IMG/VR virus record: IMGVR_UViG_3300021356_000012
Span: 6,141 to 70,140 of that record
Direction: 5' to 3' (one strand)
From: a virus
Length of the DNA stretch: 64,000 nt
The notes beneath the pieces were generated by a model that did no database searches, was not told the DNA's origin, and saw only the letters and a list, made by a program, of their open reading frames with translations. Shown piece by piece: positions 48,759-57,619 of this stretch. Numbering within the stretch: position 1 is the stretch's first letter; every line of letters starts with the position of its first letter. Made by a program: the position numbers and the translations under genes.

Positions 48759-49408
48759 GCACAAAAGCCTATGAGATGACTCCGGCCGACAATGTATTAT
48801 ACTTCCCTAACAACATCGACGTTAGGATGTGTCCAAAGAACGGAATGTCAACTCTTAAAGAACTCCATAGGCTACAACGCGGAGTTGGAGAATACATCGG
48901 TCGTATTGACCGATTAAATAAAGTAAGAAAGGAAGGTGACCAGTTTGATATTCCCTTCCGTAAAGGTAGCTACAGGATTGCAGTAAGACGTGACCCCGTA
49001 GACCGTTTTAAATCCGCGTGTGAGTACATTGTTGCGAACCACGCAAGTTATATCAGAGAAGGTCGTGCCGAGGAACTACCGTCATTAGACGCGGAGCTAG
49101 ACATGGTTCTGGACAAGATAGAAGACGGCACCACAAAAAACAATCACTTTTATACTCAGTCGTGGTATCTGGGTAAACCAAGTGATTATGATATGGTTGT
49201 TCATATTGACGAACTGACCCAACTTATGGTATTCTTAAACGAAGCTGCAGAACTTAACTTGTCTCCAGACCAGTTAAATATATGGGACAACAAGACCACA
49301 TTGAAAATGTACGGTGATTCGGTGACTATCATGCAGAGACGCCGCATCAAGAAACTGTACCGACGTGACTATGAAAATGGGTGGTGTAAAATTGAAGACC
49401 GAATCTAA
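48755..49408 (+). CDS. Sulfotransferase-family protein (Sulfotransfer_2-like)
   Basis: PKNGMSTLK (5'-PAPS loop), RDPVDRFKSA (3'-phosphate motif), HF..Q and LY..D. Confidence 0.7.
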   Translation: MSTKAYEMTPADNVLYFPNNIDVRMCPKNGMSTLKELHRLQRGVGEYIGRIDRLNKVRKEGDQFDIPFRKGSYRIAVRRDPVDRFKSACEYIVANHASYIREGRAEELPSLDAELDMVLDKIEDGTTKNNHFYTQSWYLGKPSDYDMVVHIDELTQLMVFLNEAAELNLSPDQLNIWDNKTTLKMYGDSVTIMQRRRIKKLYRRDYENGWCKIEDRI

Positions 49409-49790
49409 AGTAAGTCCCTTTGACTTTCTTAAAAGTATCAACGATACTAAAGTAAATTTAATAGACCAAGATGAGACGAACACTAAGTACTATAATAGCT
49501 ACATCGTGAATCGTTCCTTATCTTATTTTCCGGACACTGTGGCCATTGCAAATGAAATGAACAGGTTGCATCATCTGGATGAGAAACTTCAGAACGATTT
49601 TCTTATAAATATCATTAGAAAGAGAAAACGATTTTCGAAATGGGATAAGTCTACTGATTCAGAGTCTCTTGGCGCAATTAAAGAATATTATGGCTATAGT
49701 AACGACAAGGCGCGTCATGCACTTGCAATCTTGACCCAAGACGAAATAACAACTATAAAAAAGAAGGTATCAAAGGGTGGAAGAGAATAA
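49365..49790 (+). CDS. gp62: Clamp loader small subunit gp62 (start uncertain)
   Basis: PFDFLKSIN..K...Y..YIVNRSLSYF.D....ANEMN...RKRKRFSKW...IKEYYGYS..KA. Confidence 0.9.
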   Translation: MTMKMGGVKLKTESKVSPFDFLKSINDTKVNLIDQDETNTKYYNSYIVNRSLSYFPDTVAIANEMNRLHHLDEKLQNDFLINIIRKRKRFSKWDKSTDSESLGAIKEYYGYSNDKARHALAILTQDEITTIKKKVSKGGRE

Positions 49791-50187
49791 TCTAGTCCAA
49801 TGGAATCCGGAAATGATGTTGGAGATATCATTAGCGGAACCGGACGATTTTTTAAAGGTAAGAGAAACTCTTACTCGAATAGGTGTGGCCTCCCGACGCG
49901 ATAACACCCTATTTCAATCATGCCATATCTTGCACAAGCAGGGTAGGTATTTTATCGTCCACTTTAAAGAACTATTCCTACTTGATGGGAAGAAGTCTAA
50001 CTTAGAAGTGAGCGATGTCGAGCGTCGTAATACAATCGCAACCCTACTTCAGGATTGGGGGTTGGTTACTATTCTTAACAAAGAGGTTGCAAAAAACTGC
50101 GCACCTATGCGTCAAATCAAAATTATCGCATATCGTGACAAACCAAACTGGACATTGCAGCCTAAGTACAACATCGGTAACAGTTAA
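49777..50187 (+). CDS. regA: Translational repressor RegA
   Basis: PDDFLKVRETLTRIGVAS...QSCHILHKQGRYFIVHFKELF.LDG; TATAAATA at 49604 upstream. Confidence 0.96.
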   Translation: MEENNLVQWNPEMMLEISLAEPDDFLKVRETLTRIGVASRRDNTLFQSCHILHKQGRYFIVHFKELFLLDGKKSNLEVSDVERRNTIATLLQDWGLVTILNKEVAKNCAPMRQIKIIAYRDKPNWTLQPKYNIGNS

Positions 50188-50190
50188 TTT

Positions 50191-50730
50191 ATGACAGATT
50201 ATTATGGTATCTTTGAAGACCGTGATGACTACATCAAAGACAAGGTTCCATTCGTAGGTCGTCTACCTTTCAACATGCAAGAGACCTATGGATGGAACGA
50301 GTTCATGGAAATGATGGACTCTCATCCAGATGAGTTGTATGACCGCAACTCAGACAAAATGCGCATCGGCCTCAACTCTTTCCACTCTCGCGGTAGTGCG
50401 CCGGAGTTTGCAAAGAACATCTACGAGGAGATGCAAGACGTATTCGCTCTTCACGCCAACAAGATCACTAACATTGCGTTTAGTGGGTTCGGTCGTGAGA
50501 GCGGATCTTACCCGTGGCACAAGGATTCGATGGACGTATTCTTGGTTCAAGTTATTTCAACTGTCGGTCTCAAGGTAGAGGGCATCAATAACGAGGAACC
50601 ATTCGACTTCGAGCCTGGGATGTACGTATACTTGCCACGTGGGACACACCACCAAGTATTTCCAAAAATCTCAAGGGTCTCATTCTCTTTCGGTGTGGAG
50701 GGCGGCCCTGACCCATCGCAGTACTACTAA
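50191..50730 (+). CDS. JmjC/cupin 2OG-dependent hydroxylase-like protein
   Basis: WHKD..DVFLVQ...G...YLPRGTHH.V (HxD...H). Confidence 0.75.
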   Translation: MTDYYGIFEDRDDYIKDKVPFVGRLPFNMQETYGWNEFMEMMDSHPDELYDRNSDKMRIGLNSFHSRGSAPEFAKNIYEEMQDVFALHANKITNIAFSGFGRESGSYPWHKDSMDVFLVQVISTVGLKVEGINNEEPFDFEPGMYVYLPRGTHHQVFPKISRVSFSFGVEGGPDPSQYY

Positions 50731-50739
50731 GGACGAATC

Positions 50740-51003
50740 ATGACTGATAAAGAGAATAAGGTAGTTTCATTATCGAAAGTCTTGAAGAATAAGAAAGATA
50801 AAGAACGCGAACTTAGCATGTATAAAAACCATCTCGCAATGATATATGACCGCATGGCTTTTTTAGAGATGGACAGGAAGGTGACAGAAGAAATCATCGA
50901 GATGATTGAGAACGACAGTATAGTCGTTATTGATGATTCAGTACCATTAGTCGGCGTTCATGACGACGACTATCCAGACTTTGATGGCGATGATTCTGCA
51001 TAA
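50740..51003 (+). CDS. Hypothetical protein
   Basis: ORF with AAGGA SD; coiled coil with acidic tail. Confidence 0.6.
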   Translation: MTDKENKVVSLSKVLKNKKDKERELSMYKNHLAMIYDRMAFLEMDRKVTEEIIEMIENDSIVVIDDSVPLVGVHDDDYPDFDGDDSA

Positions 51004-51069
51004 CCCATAGAGGGTATGTAACTTTTTCGCACAAAGTGTTACTGAACTACACGTTCGGTATATATAGTA

Positions 51070-51132
51070 TCGACATGCCAAATAGTTGGGTGTCGAATCA
51101 TAACTTGCTTAAATTTAAGGAGTCAAAACATG
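51070..51132 (+). promoter_or_regulatory. Structured 5' leader of hsp20, ROSE-like RNA thermometer
   Basis: Hairpin TCGACAT..GTGTCGA, then ACTTGCTTA-AATT-TAAGGAGT pairing UUGCU against the SD. Confidence 0.55.
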
Positions 51133-51585
51133 ACATTAACAGCAAAACAACTGTTCCCACGTTCAGCATTCGTCGGATTCGATAGTATGATCGACGAATT
51201 GGATAGAGTCGCTAGACACTCGGGTGATACGTTCCCCCCGCATAATATTTTAAAGACGGGAGAGGATCAATACCTAATCGAGTTAGCAGTCGCAGGTTTC
51301 TCTGAAGACGAGCTCGAGATCGAAGTAAAGAACCGTACACTTACCATTCGAGGGTCTGTCAACGACACGAGAGAGTATATCCATAAAGGCATTTCGACGA
51401 AGAGATTTGAACGCCAGTTCCGTCTGTCGGAGTATGTTGAAGTAATGGGAGCTGATTTCAGGAACGGATTACTAGCCATTTCATTGGAAGTAATAATCCC
51501 TGAAAGTCAGAAGCCTCGTAAAATAACGATCAATCGATTATACGAGGAGAGCAATAATGGAGAGGAGAAGGTATCCCAAGAGTAA
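51130..51585 (+). CDS. hsp20: Small heat-shock protein (IbpA-like)
   Basis: FPPHNI...Y.IELAVAGF...YIHKGIS.KRFERQF.L...GLL.I.L....PE..KPRKI.I. Confidence 0.95.
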   Translation: MTLTAKQLFPRSAFVGFDSMIDELDRVARHSGDTFPPHNILKTGEDQYLIELAVAGFSEDELEIEVKNRTLTIRGSVNDTREYIHKGISTKRFERQFRLSEYVEVMGADFRNGLLAISLEVIIPESQKPRKITINRLYEESNNGEEKVSQE

Positions 51586-51664
51586 ACTTGAAGATATGGG
51601 ATTCTTCGTCGCAGCGTTTGTCAGTATGACTACCGTTGCGTACTGTCTAGCCCAGCTAGTCTAA
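51557..51664 (+). CDS. 35-aa single-TM micropeptide (not in the ORF track)
   Basis: GAGGAG SD then ATG; MERRRYPKSKLEDMGFFVAAFVSMTTVAYCLAQLV; stop just before a terminator. Confidence 0.5.
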   Translation: MERRRYPKSKLEDMGFFVAAFVSMTTVAYCLAQLV

Positions 51665-51670
51665 ATAAAG

Positions 51671-51692
51671 AGGGGACGTAAGTCCCCTTTTT
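51671..51692 (+). terminator. Rho-independent terminator
   Basis: AGGGGAC-GTAA-GTCCCCT plus TTTT. Confidence 0.85.
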
Positions 51693-51705
51693 CATTGGTG
51701 TTGAA

Positions 51706-52431
51706 ATGAATCTAATCTATCAGTATTGGGACGGAGATATTACTCCTGAAGTTTCTGCAGGGATTGATGCAATGGCCGCGTATGCCCGACGCATTGGTGT
51801 AGAGTACAGATTCGAACAAAACACAAATTATCTCGAAACGAGGAATTATACTACCAAAGGTCATGACCATTTCTTTGGTGCACTCAAACCGTTACTTGAG
51901 TACGAGTTCGACGATTATGATACGATTATGTTCGCGGATGTTGATATTTTCCCTATCACCGATGACAACATATTCGATACCTTCGCAGGAGAGGTTGGGA
52001 TGGTTCCCGAGCTGTTCTTAGATGCGATGCGTCCCATCACTCGTGAGCGATTCGAACACTGGAGAACCTTCCACCAATATATTCGCGAGAACCTTAACGC
52101 AGGCGTTTGTTTGTATTCAAAAGAACTAAGACGCAAGGCGCGTGATTGGTATAACCTTCCTGAGTATATTAACCACATGCGAACCATAAAGGTCAATGAA
52201 TACTTCTTGACTGACCAACCGTTCCTACAACAACTTTTTTATGGGAACAATGCGAACATACAACTATTGAGTCAAGAATGGAACTCACATGTATTCGATG
52301 AATACTGGGAGGAGTATGGGTCGTGGCGAGTAAAGAGACATGACTATAGAACACCAGATACTAAGTTTATACACTGCCGTTTAGAACACGGTGCACTTAA
52401 AGAGTTTATCAATGAATTACGATATCAATAA
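51706..52431 (+). CDS. Glycosyltransferase (GT-A fold)
   Basis: YARRIG.EY.F, MFADVD (DxD), LNAGV.L, TDQ..L, EWN, FIH. Confidence 0.72.
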   Translation: MNLIYQYWDGDITPEVSAGIDAMAAYARRIGVEYRFEQNTNYLETRNYTTKGHDHFFGALKPLLEYEFDDYDTIMFADVDIFPITDDNIFDTFAGEVGMVPELFLDAMRPITRERFEHWRTFHQYIRENLNAGVCLYSKELRRKARDWYNLPEYINHMRTIKVNEYFLTDQPFLQQLFYGNNANIQLLSQEWNSHVFDEYWEEYGSWRVKRHDYRTPDTKFIHCRLEHGALKEFINELRYQ

Positions 52432-53113
52432 ATTTGATGAACTTGGTTATGTTATAGTGAAAGATTTTATGGGTGTCGAAGAACACCAAGAAATTCACAT
52501 GGAGTGTCTACGACTGACCGAAGTGGGTATGGGACGAACACAGAACGGAGATAGTTGGGTCATGACTGCACCCAATAATCCGTGCAAGTTAGATGGTGCC
52601 ATGATGCGTTCTGGAGTATTCCGTAGACTTGGTCGTCATAGAAACCTAGTGCCTATCGCAAAGACGTTATTAAAACATGATAGGATAGATACCTACATAT
52701 CTAAGTTCTTTCCTATGCCACCTAAAGATGGCTTCTCTGTAGACTTTCACCAAGACAACCATTACATTAATGGAGACCCCAACTGTATAGTCAGTTGCGA
52801 TTTCTTTGTACACGGAGCAACCAAGGAGAGGGGGTGTCTTCGACTTATCCCTGGCTCGCACCATGAGATGAGGTCTCATACAAAGTCGTCGCACGGGGTG
52901 TTTAATTGGATGTATGTAGGCGAATCACCAGACATAATAGATATTGACATCAACGAACCTTTTGTGATATTCTTTCATCCAAATCTAGTTCATGGGTGTT
53001 ATCGCAATACAAGTATATCGTATCGTCCAAGTATCGCGTGGGAATATATACACAGGGACCATATTCCACCAACGCACAACGGGCATCAATCACAAGATAG
53101 AATAATGGTATGA
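52412..53113 (+). CDS. Phytanoyl-CoA dioxygenase (PhyH)-family 2OG-Fe(II) oxygenase
   Basis: F.ELGYVIV, FHQDNHY, GCLRLIPGSH, FHPNLVHG...N.S...R. Confidence 0.85.
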   Translation: MNYDINKFDELGYVIVKDFMGVEEHQEIHMECLRLTEVGMGRTQNGDSWVMTAPNNPCKLDGAMMRSGVFRRLGRHRNLVPIAKTLLKHDRIDTYISKFFPMPPKDGFSVDFHQDNHYINGDPNCIVSCDFFVHGATKERGCLRLIPGSHHEMRSHTKSSHGVFNWMYVGESPDIIDIDINEPFVIFFHPNLVHGCYRNTSISYRPSIAWEYIHRDHIPPTHNGHQSQDRIMV

Positions 53114-53904
53114 AGGTAAAACAAATTGTAATGAAAGGTGACGCGAGGTCGGAAGAATATGCCGCAATCTCTCGTGAGTCTTTTGCTCCCGCAATACGTG
53201 ATGGTTACATCGAATCGATTGAGACCTTCGACGCCATAACTCCGGACAGTCCAGACTTTGCCGAACATTGTGCGAAGTATAACTGGGCACCTAGTCTCAT
53301 GTCATTAGACACTTCGTCTGGTAAGAACAAGGACGACCATTCACCAACAGAGAAAGCTGGGATGTGTTCTCATTGGGAGTTGATGCGTCAACAGGGTGAA
53401 CAGGATGAGATGTTCTGGATTATTGAACATGACACGTTCTTACTACCAGAACGTTACGGTGTCTTTAAGGCACTTGTCTCTATGGCACCAAATATGTTAT
53501 ACTCCAATATTGGTCTATTCATGGGCATGTACTCTATGGACCAACGCGCGGCGCACTGGATGTACCATATACTAACCAACAAACGCTTCCCTATCAACTG
53601 TGGGCCATACTGCACACTACAGAGACTGTATCGTACTTTCACGACCGACTATCTTCACCATAATGATTACTTTGGTTTGAACAACACTGCGATTTTCCCG
53701 TGGCACAACTGTGACACTTTAACGGTCTGTCGTCACATCGGGACTCCGTTTAACGGAATGGACCAGTTGAAGCGAGGTATCCCAACACCGACGACTCAGG
53801 TGATTTCAAAACGTCTATGTGTTACTCAGGACCATCACGGGTATAATGACAGGCATATTGAAGAGCCGTGGACTCGTCATCACTTTTTTCACGTAATCGA
53901 CTAA
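53110..53904 (+). CDS. Glycosyltransferase family 25-like protein
   Basis: FDAITP, SPTEKAGMCSHWELM, IIEHD. Confidence 0.65.
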   Translation: MKVKQIVMKGDARSEEYAAISRESFAPAIRDGYIESIETFDAITPDSPDFAEHCAKYNWAPSLMSLDTSSGKNKDDHSPTEKAGMCSHWELMRQQGEQDEMFWIIEHDTFLLPERYGVFKALVSMAPNMLYSNIGLFMGMYSMDQRAAHWMYHILTNKRFPINCGPYCTLQRLYRTFTTDYLHHNDYFGLNNTAIFPWHNCDTLTVCRHIGTPFNGMDQLKRGIPTPTTQVISKRLCVTQDHHGYNDRHIEEPWTRHHFFHVID

Positions 53905-53911
53905 AAAACAT

Positions 53912-53940
53912 TTGACAACCTTAGCCCAGTGCTATATAAT
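53912..53940 (+). promoter_or_regulatory. Sigma70-type promoter for the methyltransferase operon
   Basis: TTGACA-17 bp-TATAAT. Confidence 0.8.
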
Positions 53941-53967
53941 ATGCACTGTAACTATTAAAGGTATCAA

Positions 53968-55116
53968 ATGTACAGACCATATACACTACAAGATGTTTAT
54001 GATGCCGCTGCACAGAAAAAGTTCAGCGTCATCTCTACGTTTGCGGGAGGTGGTGGCTCGTCTACGGGTTACCGTCTTGCGGGTGGTGACATTCTCGCTA
54101 TCAATGAGTTTGTTGAAGAGGCGCGAAACACCTATCGTGACAACTACCCTACCACTCCCATCGTTCCGGATGATATCAAACAACTTACGGGACAATCCTT
54201 TCTCGACCTTACAGGTCTGCAGAAGGGTGAATTGGACATCCTAGACGGGTCACCCCCTTGTTCTGCATTCTCTGTTGCTGGTAAATTGTCTCACTCCAAG
54301 GGCGGTAACCACTCTGACGGGTGGGGACAGACTAAGACTTACTCTGACGGTATGGTCGTTGAGAACATCGAAGACCTGTTCTTTGAGTTCTTGCGAGTCG
54401 CGAACGAGATTCAGCCTAAGGTCATCATCGCAGAGAATGTAAAGGGTCTCACTATCGGTGAGGCAAAAGAATATTACAATCGCATCCTGAATGAGTTCGA
54501 GAATATCGGGTATGAGGTTGTGTCTGAGGTTATGGACGCACGTTACTATGGTGTGTCACAGACGCGAAGTCGCGTTATCTTCATCGCAGTGCGCAATGAT
54601 GTTGCAGAAGAAGTGGGTCTTAATTTCCTAACGATGAACCATTTATTCCCAACTCCGTCGCGTAATGTCATCCCGCTCAAGGACGCTCTGGTCGATTTAG
54701 AGTACGACCAAGAAGAGGTAGACTATCTACGCGAGAAGTTCGAACGCACCGCGTACTGGCGCGACACGGGGTCTAAAATGGAGGCCTACCCTAGTAAGGT
54801 ATTGACGGGTATGGACTATCACCCGAAGGGTCACCACTTCAATCTTAAACGCGTATCACTTGAAGTACCCGCACCAACACTGACTGCGATGGGTAATGGT
54901 GATACGACTGCGGGTGCATTCCATTGGGCTGAACCAAGGAAGTTGACACTCGGCGAATTAAAGCGTATAATGTCCCTACCAGATGATTTCAAACTTACGG
55001 GTAAGTGGAATCAGAAGGCAGAACGAATCGGACGGATGGTACCGCCATTGATGATGAAGTCAATCGCGGAGTCTGTTTATGATAACGTATTGAGGGTATA
55101 CAATGAAAGACCGTGA
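53968..55116 (+). CDS. DNA cytosine-C5 methyltransferase-fold enzyme (probable carboxymethyltransferase)
   Basis: Motif I FAGGGG, IV GSPPCSAFS, VI ENV, VIII Q.R.R; motif X reads IGRMVPP instead of IGNAVPP. Confidence 0.9.
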   Translation: MYRPYTLQDVYDAAAQKKFSVISTFAGGGGSSTGYRLAGGDILAINEFVEEARNTYRDNYPTTPIVPDDIKQLTGQSFLDLTGLQKGELDILDGSPPCSAFSVAGKLSHSKGGNHSDGWGQTKTYSDGMVVENIEDLFFEFLRVANEIQPKVIIAENVKGLTIGEAKEYYNRILNEFENIGYEVVSEVMDARYYGVSQTRSRVIFIAVRNDVAEEVGLNFLTMNHLFPTPSRNVIPLKDALVDLEYDQEEVDYLREKFERTAYWRDTGSKMEAYPSKVLTGMDYHPKGHHFNLKRVSLEVPAPTLTAMGNGDTTAGAFHWAEPRKLTLGELKRIMSLPDDFKLTGKWNQKAERIGRMVPPLMMKSIAESVYDNVLRVYNERP

Positions 55117-55831
55117 GGCTTATATGAGTAGAGAACCAGACTTTTCCTTCGCACACCGTGACGAAGGTTTCGATAATCATATTGACCAATCAATTCGCGG
55201 GTATGATAATCTCCATGCGGATATAGTCTCTATGTCACAATACTTTGTTGAAGACGACAAGCAGGTTGTGGATATCGGGTGCTCTACAGGTAAGACCATT
55301 TATGAGATGATGAAACAGAATCACAACTTTGCACCCAACGCAATGTACACGGGTGTCGAGTACGCATCTGGTTTCAAGGATGCCATGGACCATCGAACCG
55401 AACAGATTGTTGATGAGGAGTTGGGTATCGCACGATTCATGAATATGGACGTGCGTGACTATACCTTTGACAACTGCACACTGATTACGTCGTTGTTCAC
55501 GTTACAGTTCATGCCACCGCATTGTCGTCGAGACGTTCTTAAACAGATATACGCAGGTTTGGATTGGGGCGGTGCGTTCATCTTCGCAGAGAAGACTGTA
55601 AGTGAGTGTGCACGAATTCAGGAGATTATGACGTTCCGGTTCTATGACCACAAACGTCAACACTTCTCTGGTGACGACATCTTATCAAAAGAAGTTGAAC
55701 TGCGTCACATGTTGAAACCAAACACGTGGAGAGAAATACATAGCCTATTGATGACTGCAGGGTTTGACGCCAAGAAAATCCAGCCGTTCTGGCAGAACCA
55801 TTTATTCGTTGGGGCGATTGCAATCAAATGA
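55103..55831 (+). CDS. cmoA: CmoA-like carboxy-S-adenosylmethionine synthase
   Basis: F.F......FDNHI.QSIRGY, VDIGCSTG, LFTLQF.P...R..VL.QIY.GL..GGAFIFAEK match the CmoA layout. Confidence 0.75.
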   Translation: MKDREAYMSREPDFSFAHRDEGFDNHIDQSIRGYDNLHADIVSMSQYFVEDDKQVVDIGCSTGKTIYEMMKQNHNFAPNAMYTGVEYASGFKDAMDHRTEQIVDEELGIARFMNMDVRDYTFDNCTLITSLFTLQFMPPHCRRDVLKQIYAGLDWGGAFIFAEKTVSECARIQEIMTFRFYDHKRQHFSGDDILSKEVELRHMLKPNTWREIHSLLMTAGFDAKKIQPFWQNHLFVGAIAIK

Positions 55832-56631
55832 TGTTACATATCACCAACAATCCTAACCCTAGAGACTTTCAGGGTTCTGCGAACGATACTAACCTAGATA
55901 TCTTCGCGGCGTACTCCATCCAGAATCCGTTTCTGAAAGAGTACCAGAAACACCTAGATGATGTCATGGGTTGGTTTACTGTCGGTGATCTCAAGATGCT
56001 CGATTGGGTCAGTCAGAGAGAGATTAATACCGAAGGTGGTATACTGGAGCTGGGTGTGCATCTAGGTAAGATGTTCATCCCGCTCAACATGACTGTCAAC
56101 GAAGGTACGTCTTACGCAGTCGATATCTTCGGGAAGTTGCAGGACTACAACGTGAGTCACTCTGGTGGCGACTGTCTTAATCAGGCAATGGGATTTAGAA
56201 ATAACGTCGAGAAGTATGACAAGCGTTGGAGTGGATTCAACGTGCAGATCATAAACGAAGACACGATGATGTTGGACCCGTCACACTTTGAGGGTAACAA
56301 GTTCAAGATCATCTCCATCGACGCAGGTCACCATCGACCACACGTACTAAACGATCTGTATCTTGCGGAGAAGTTAGTAACGCGGGACGGTGTGGTTATC
56401 GTCGATGATTGGTTCTGTAACGGATGGCCTGGGGTCACCGAAGGGACCATAGAGTACTTGTCTCGTGGCGAGGGACTTGTACCGTTTGCATCTTATCAAA
56501 ACAAGTTGTATCTGTGTAGATACGGTGCGCACTATAAGTGGATGTATGAAATGAAGCATTTCAAGTACAAACGCTTACCCACCAAGTTATGTGGCACAGA
56601 GATGTACGATATATGTGAACATACACATTAA
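55828..56631 (+). CDS. Class I SAM-dependent methyltransferase (Methyltransf_24-like)
   Basis: ILELGVHLGK, AVDIF, ISIDAGH...V.NDL, G.VIVDD.F...WPGV.EG. Confidence 0.78.
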   Translation: MMLHITNNPNPRDFQGSANDTNLDIFAAYSIQNPFLKEYQKHLDDVMGWFTVGDLKMLDWVSQREINTEGGILELGVHLGKMFIPLNMTVNEGTSYAVDIFGKLQDYNVSHSGGDCLNQAMGFRNNVEKYDKRWSGFNVQIINEDTMMLDPSHFEGNKFKIISIDAGHHRPHVLNDLYLAEKLVTRDGVVIVDDWFCNGWPGVTEGTIEYLSRGEGLVPFASYQNKLYLCRYGAHYKWMYEMKHFKYKRLPTKLCGTEMYDICEHTH

Positions 56632-56657
56632 CCGTCATAGACTAGAGGATACGAAAT

Positions 56658-57566
56658 ATGGCATACGATGAACTGCTGGGGTTTGACCCAGCGACTGAGA
56701 AACGTGACGCATTCCATTACGTCATGACTCCGGAAAAGGCTGCATATATACTCGACGAGTGTAATAATGACAACAGACCTTTTTCAGCTGCCCAAGCGCG
56801 CAGAATTAGACATTCTGTTAATGACGTTGGGTACATATGGGATGGAGACCCAATTCGTTTCAACACTAATGGGCATCTAACTGAGGGTCAACATAGACTG
56901 ACAATCATACGCGAGCAAAAGATAACAGCAGAACTCCCTGTCGTAACTGGTGTACTACCTGACCACTTCACTGAAGGTGCAGAGGCAAAGAAGAGGACAG
57001 CCGGATGTGAGATTGGTAGGAAATACCCTGAAGCATTGTCTTCTCAGATTGCGGTTCTAGGTGATATTGTAAAACGTCGTCACTTAGAAAAGTTGACTCT
57101 GCAAAATGCAATTTCTTACTGGGAACTTTATTCCGATAATGTAGTTGCAGGTTGCAGGGCGATTGATGACTTCATGACCAATGTCAGTGAGTATAGTCAT
57201 TTCGCTCGGAATTTTGGGTCATGGGCCGCACTCATGAATCTAACAAACCAAGATGATATTGCGACAGAGTTTTTAGATTATCTCAAAGAAGAAATTGTCG
57301 GTAGGGAATCGTACGCCCTCACTAAAAACTTCACCGAGTTTTTTAAACAACATTCAGATACGATGGCGAATGCGACCCGCTCGACTTTCATGTTTCAACT
57401 TTTGTGTCATGCGACTGATATGTTGATAAAGTCTAAGCATAACGCTAGAAACCACAATGGTCGTCCTGCGGAGATTCTATTAGAGAGGTCAATCGCATCG
57501 TACAACCATAAATCATTGAGACAGAATGGTACATATAGGAAGTTTCTTGCGGACCCAAGAAAATAA
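56658..57566 (+). CDS. ParB/Srx-like (DGQHR-type) N-terminal domain protein
   Basis: N..NRP...W..DGDPI.F...G.L.EGQHRL. Confidence 0.6.
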   Translation: MAYDELLGFDPATEKRDAFHYVMTPEKAAYILDECNNDNRPFSAAQARRIRHSVNDVGYIWDGDPIRFNTNGHLTEGQHRLTIIREQKITAELPVVTGVLPDHFTEGAEAKKRTAGCEIGRKYPEALSSQIAVLGDIVKRRHLEKLTLQNAISYWELYSDNVVAGCRAIDDFMTNVSEYSHFARNFGSWAALMNLTNQDDIATEFLDYLKEEIVGRESYALTKNFTEFFKQHSDTMANATRSTFMFQLLCHATDMLIKSKHNARNHNGRPAEILLERSIASYNHKSLRQNGTYRKFLADPRK

Positions 57567-57578
57567 TTCTATCACACG

Positions 57579-57602
57579 GGGGGTTGACAACAACCCCCTT
57601 TT
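57579..57602 (+). terminator. Terminator hairpin overlapping the -35 box of the gp43 promoter
   Basis: GGGGGTTG-ACAA-CAACCCCC-TTTT. Confidence 0.75.
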
Positions 57603-57612
57603 CATTTATAAT
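57584..57612 (+). promoter_or_regulatory. Sigma70-type promoter for gp43
   Basis: TTGACA-17 bp-TATAAT. Confidence 0.8.
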
Positions 57613-57619
57613 GGTGCCC

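Noticed and set aside
55103-55831. CmoA serving only tRNA cmo5U modification
   Set aside because: No cmoB is nearby, the phage tRNA has A34 rather than U34, and the gene overlaps a C5-methyltransferase with a basic residue in motif X; not formally excluded.
57584-57619. TTG start for gp43 given in the ORF track
   Set aside because: That TTG is the -35 box inside a terminator hairpin; ATG 57620 gives the typical M.EFYT start.
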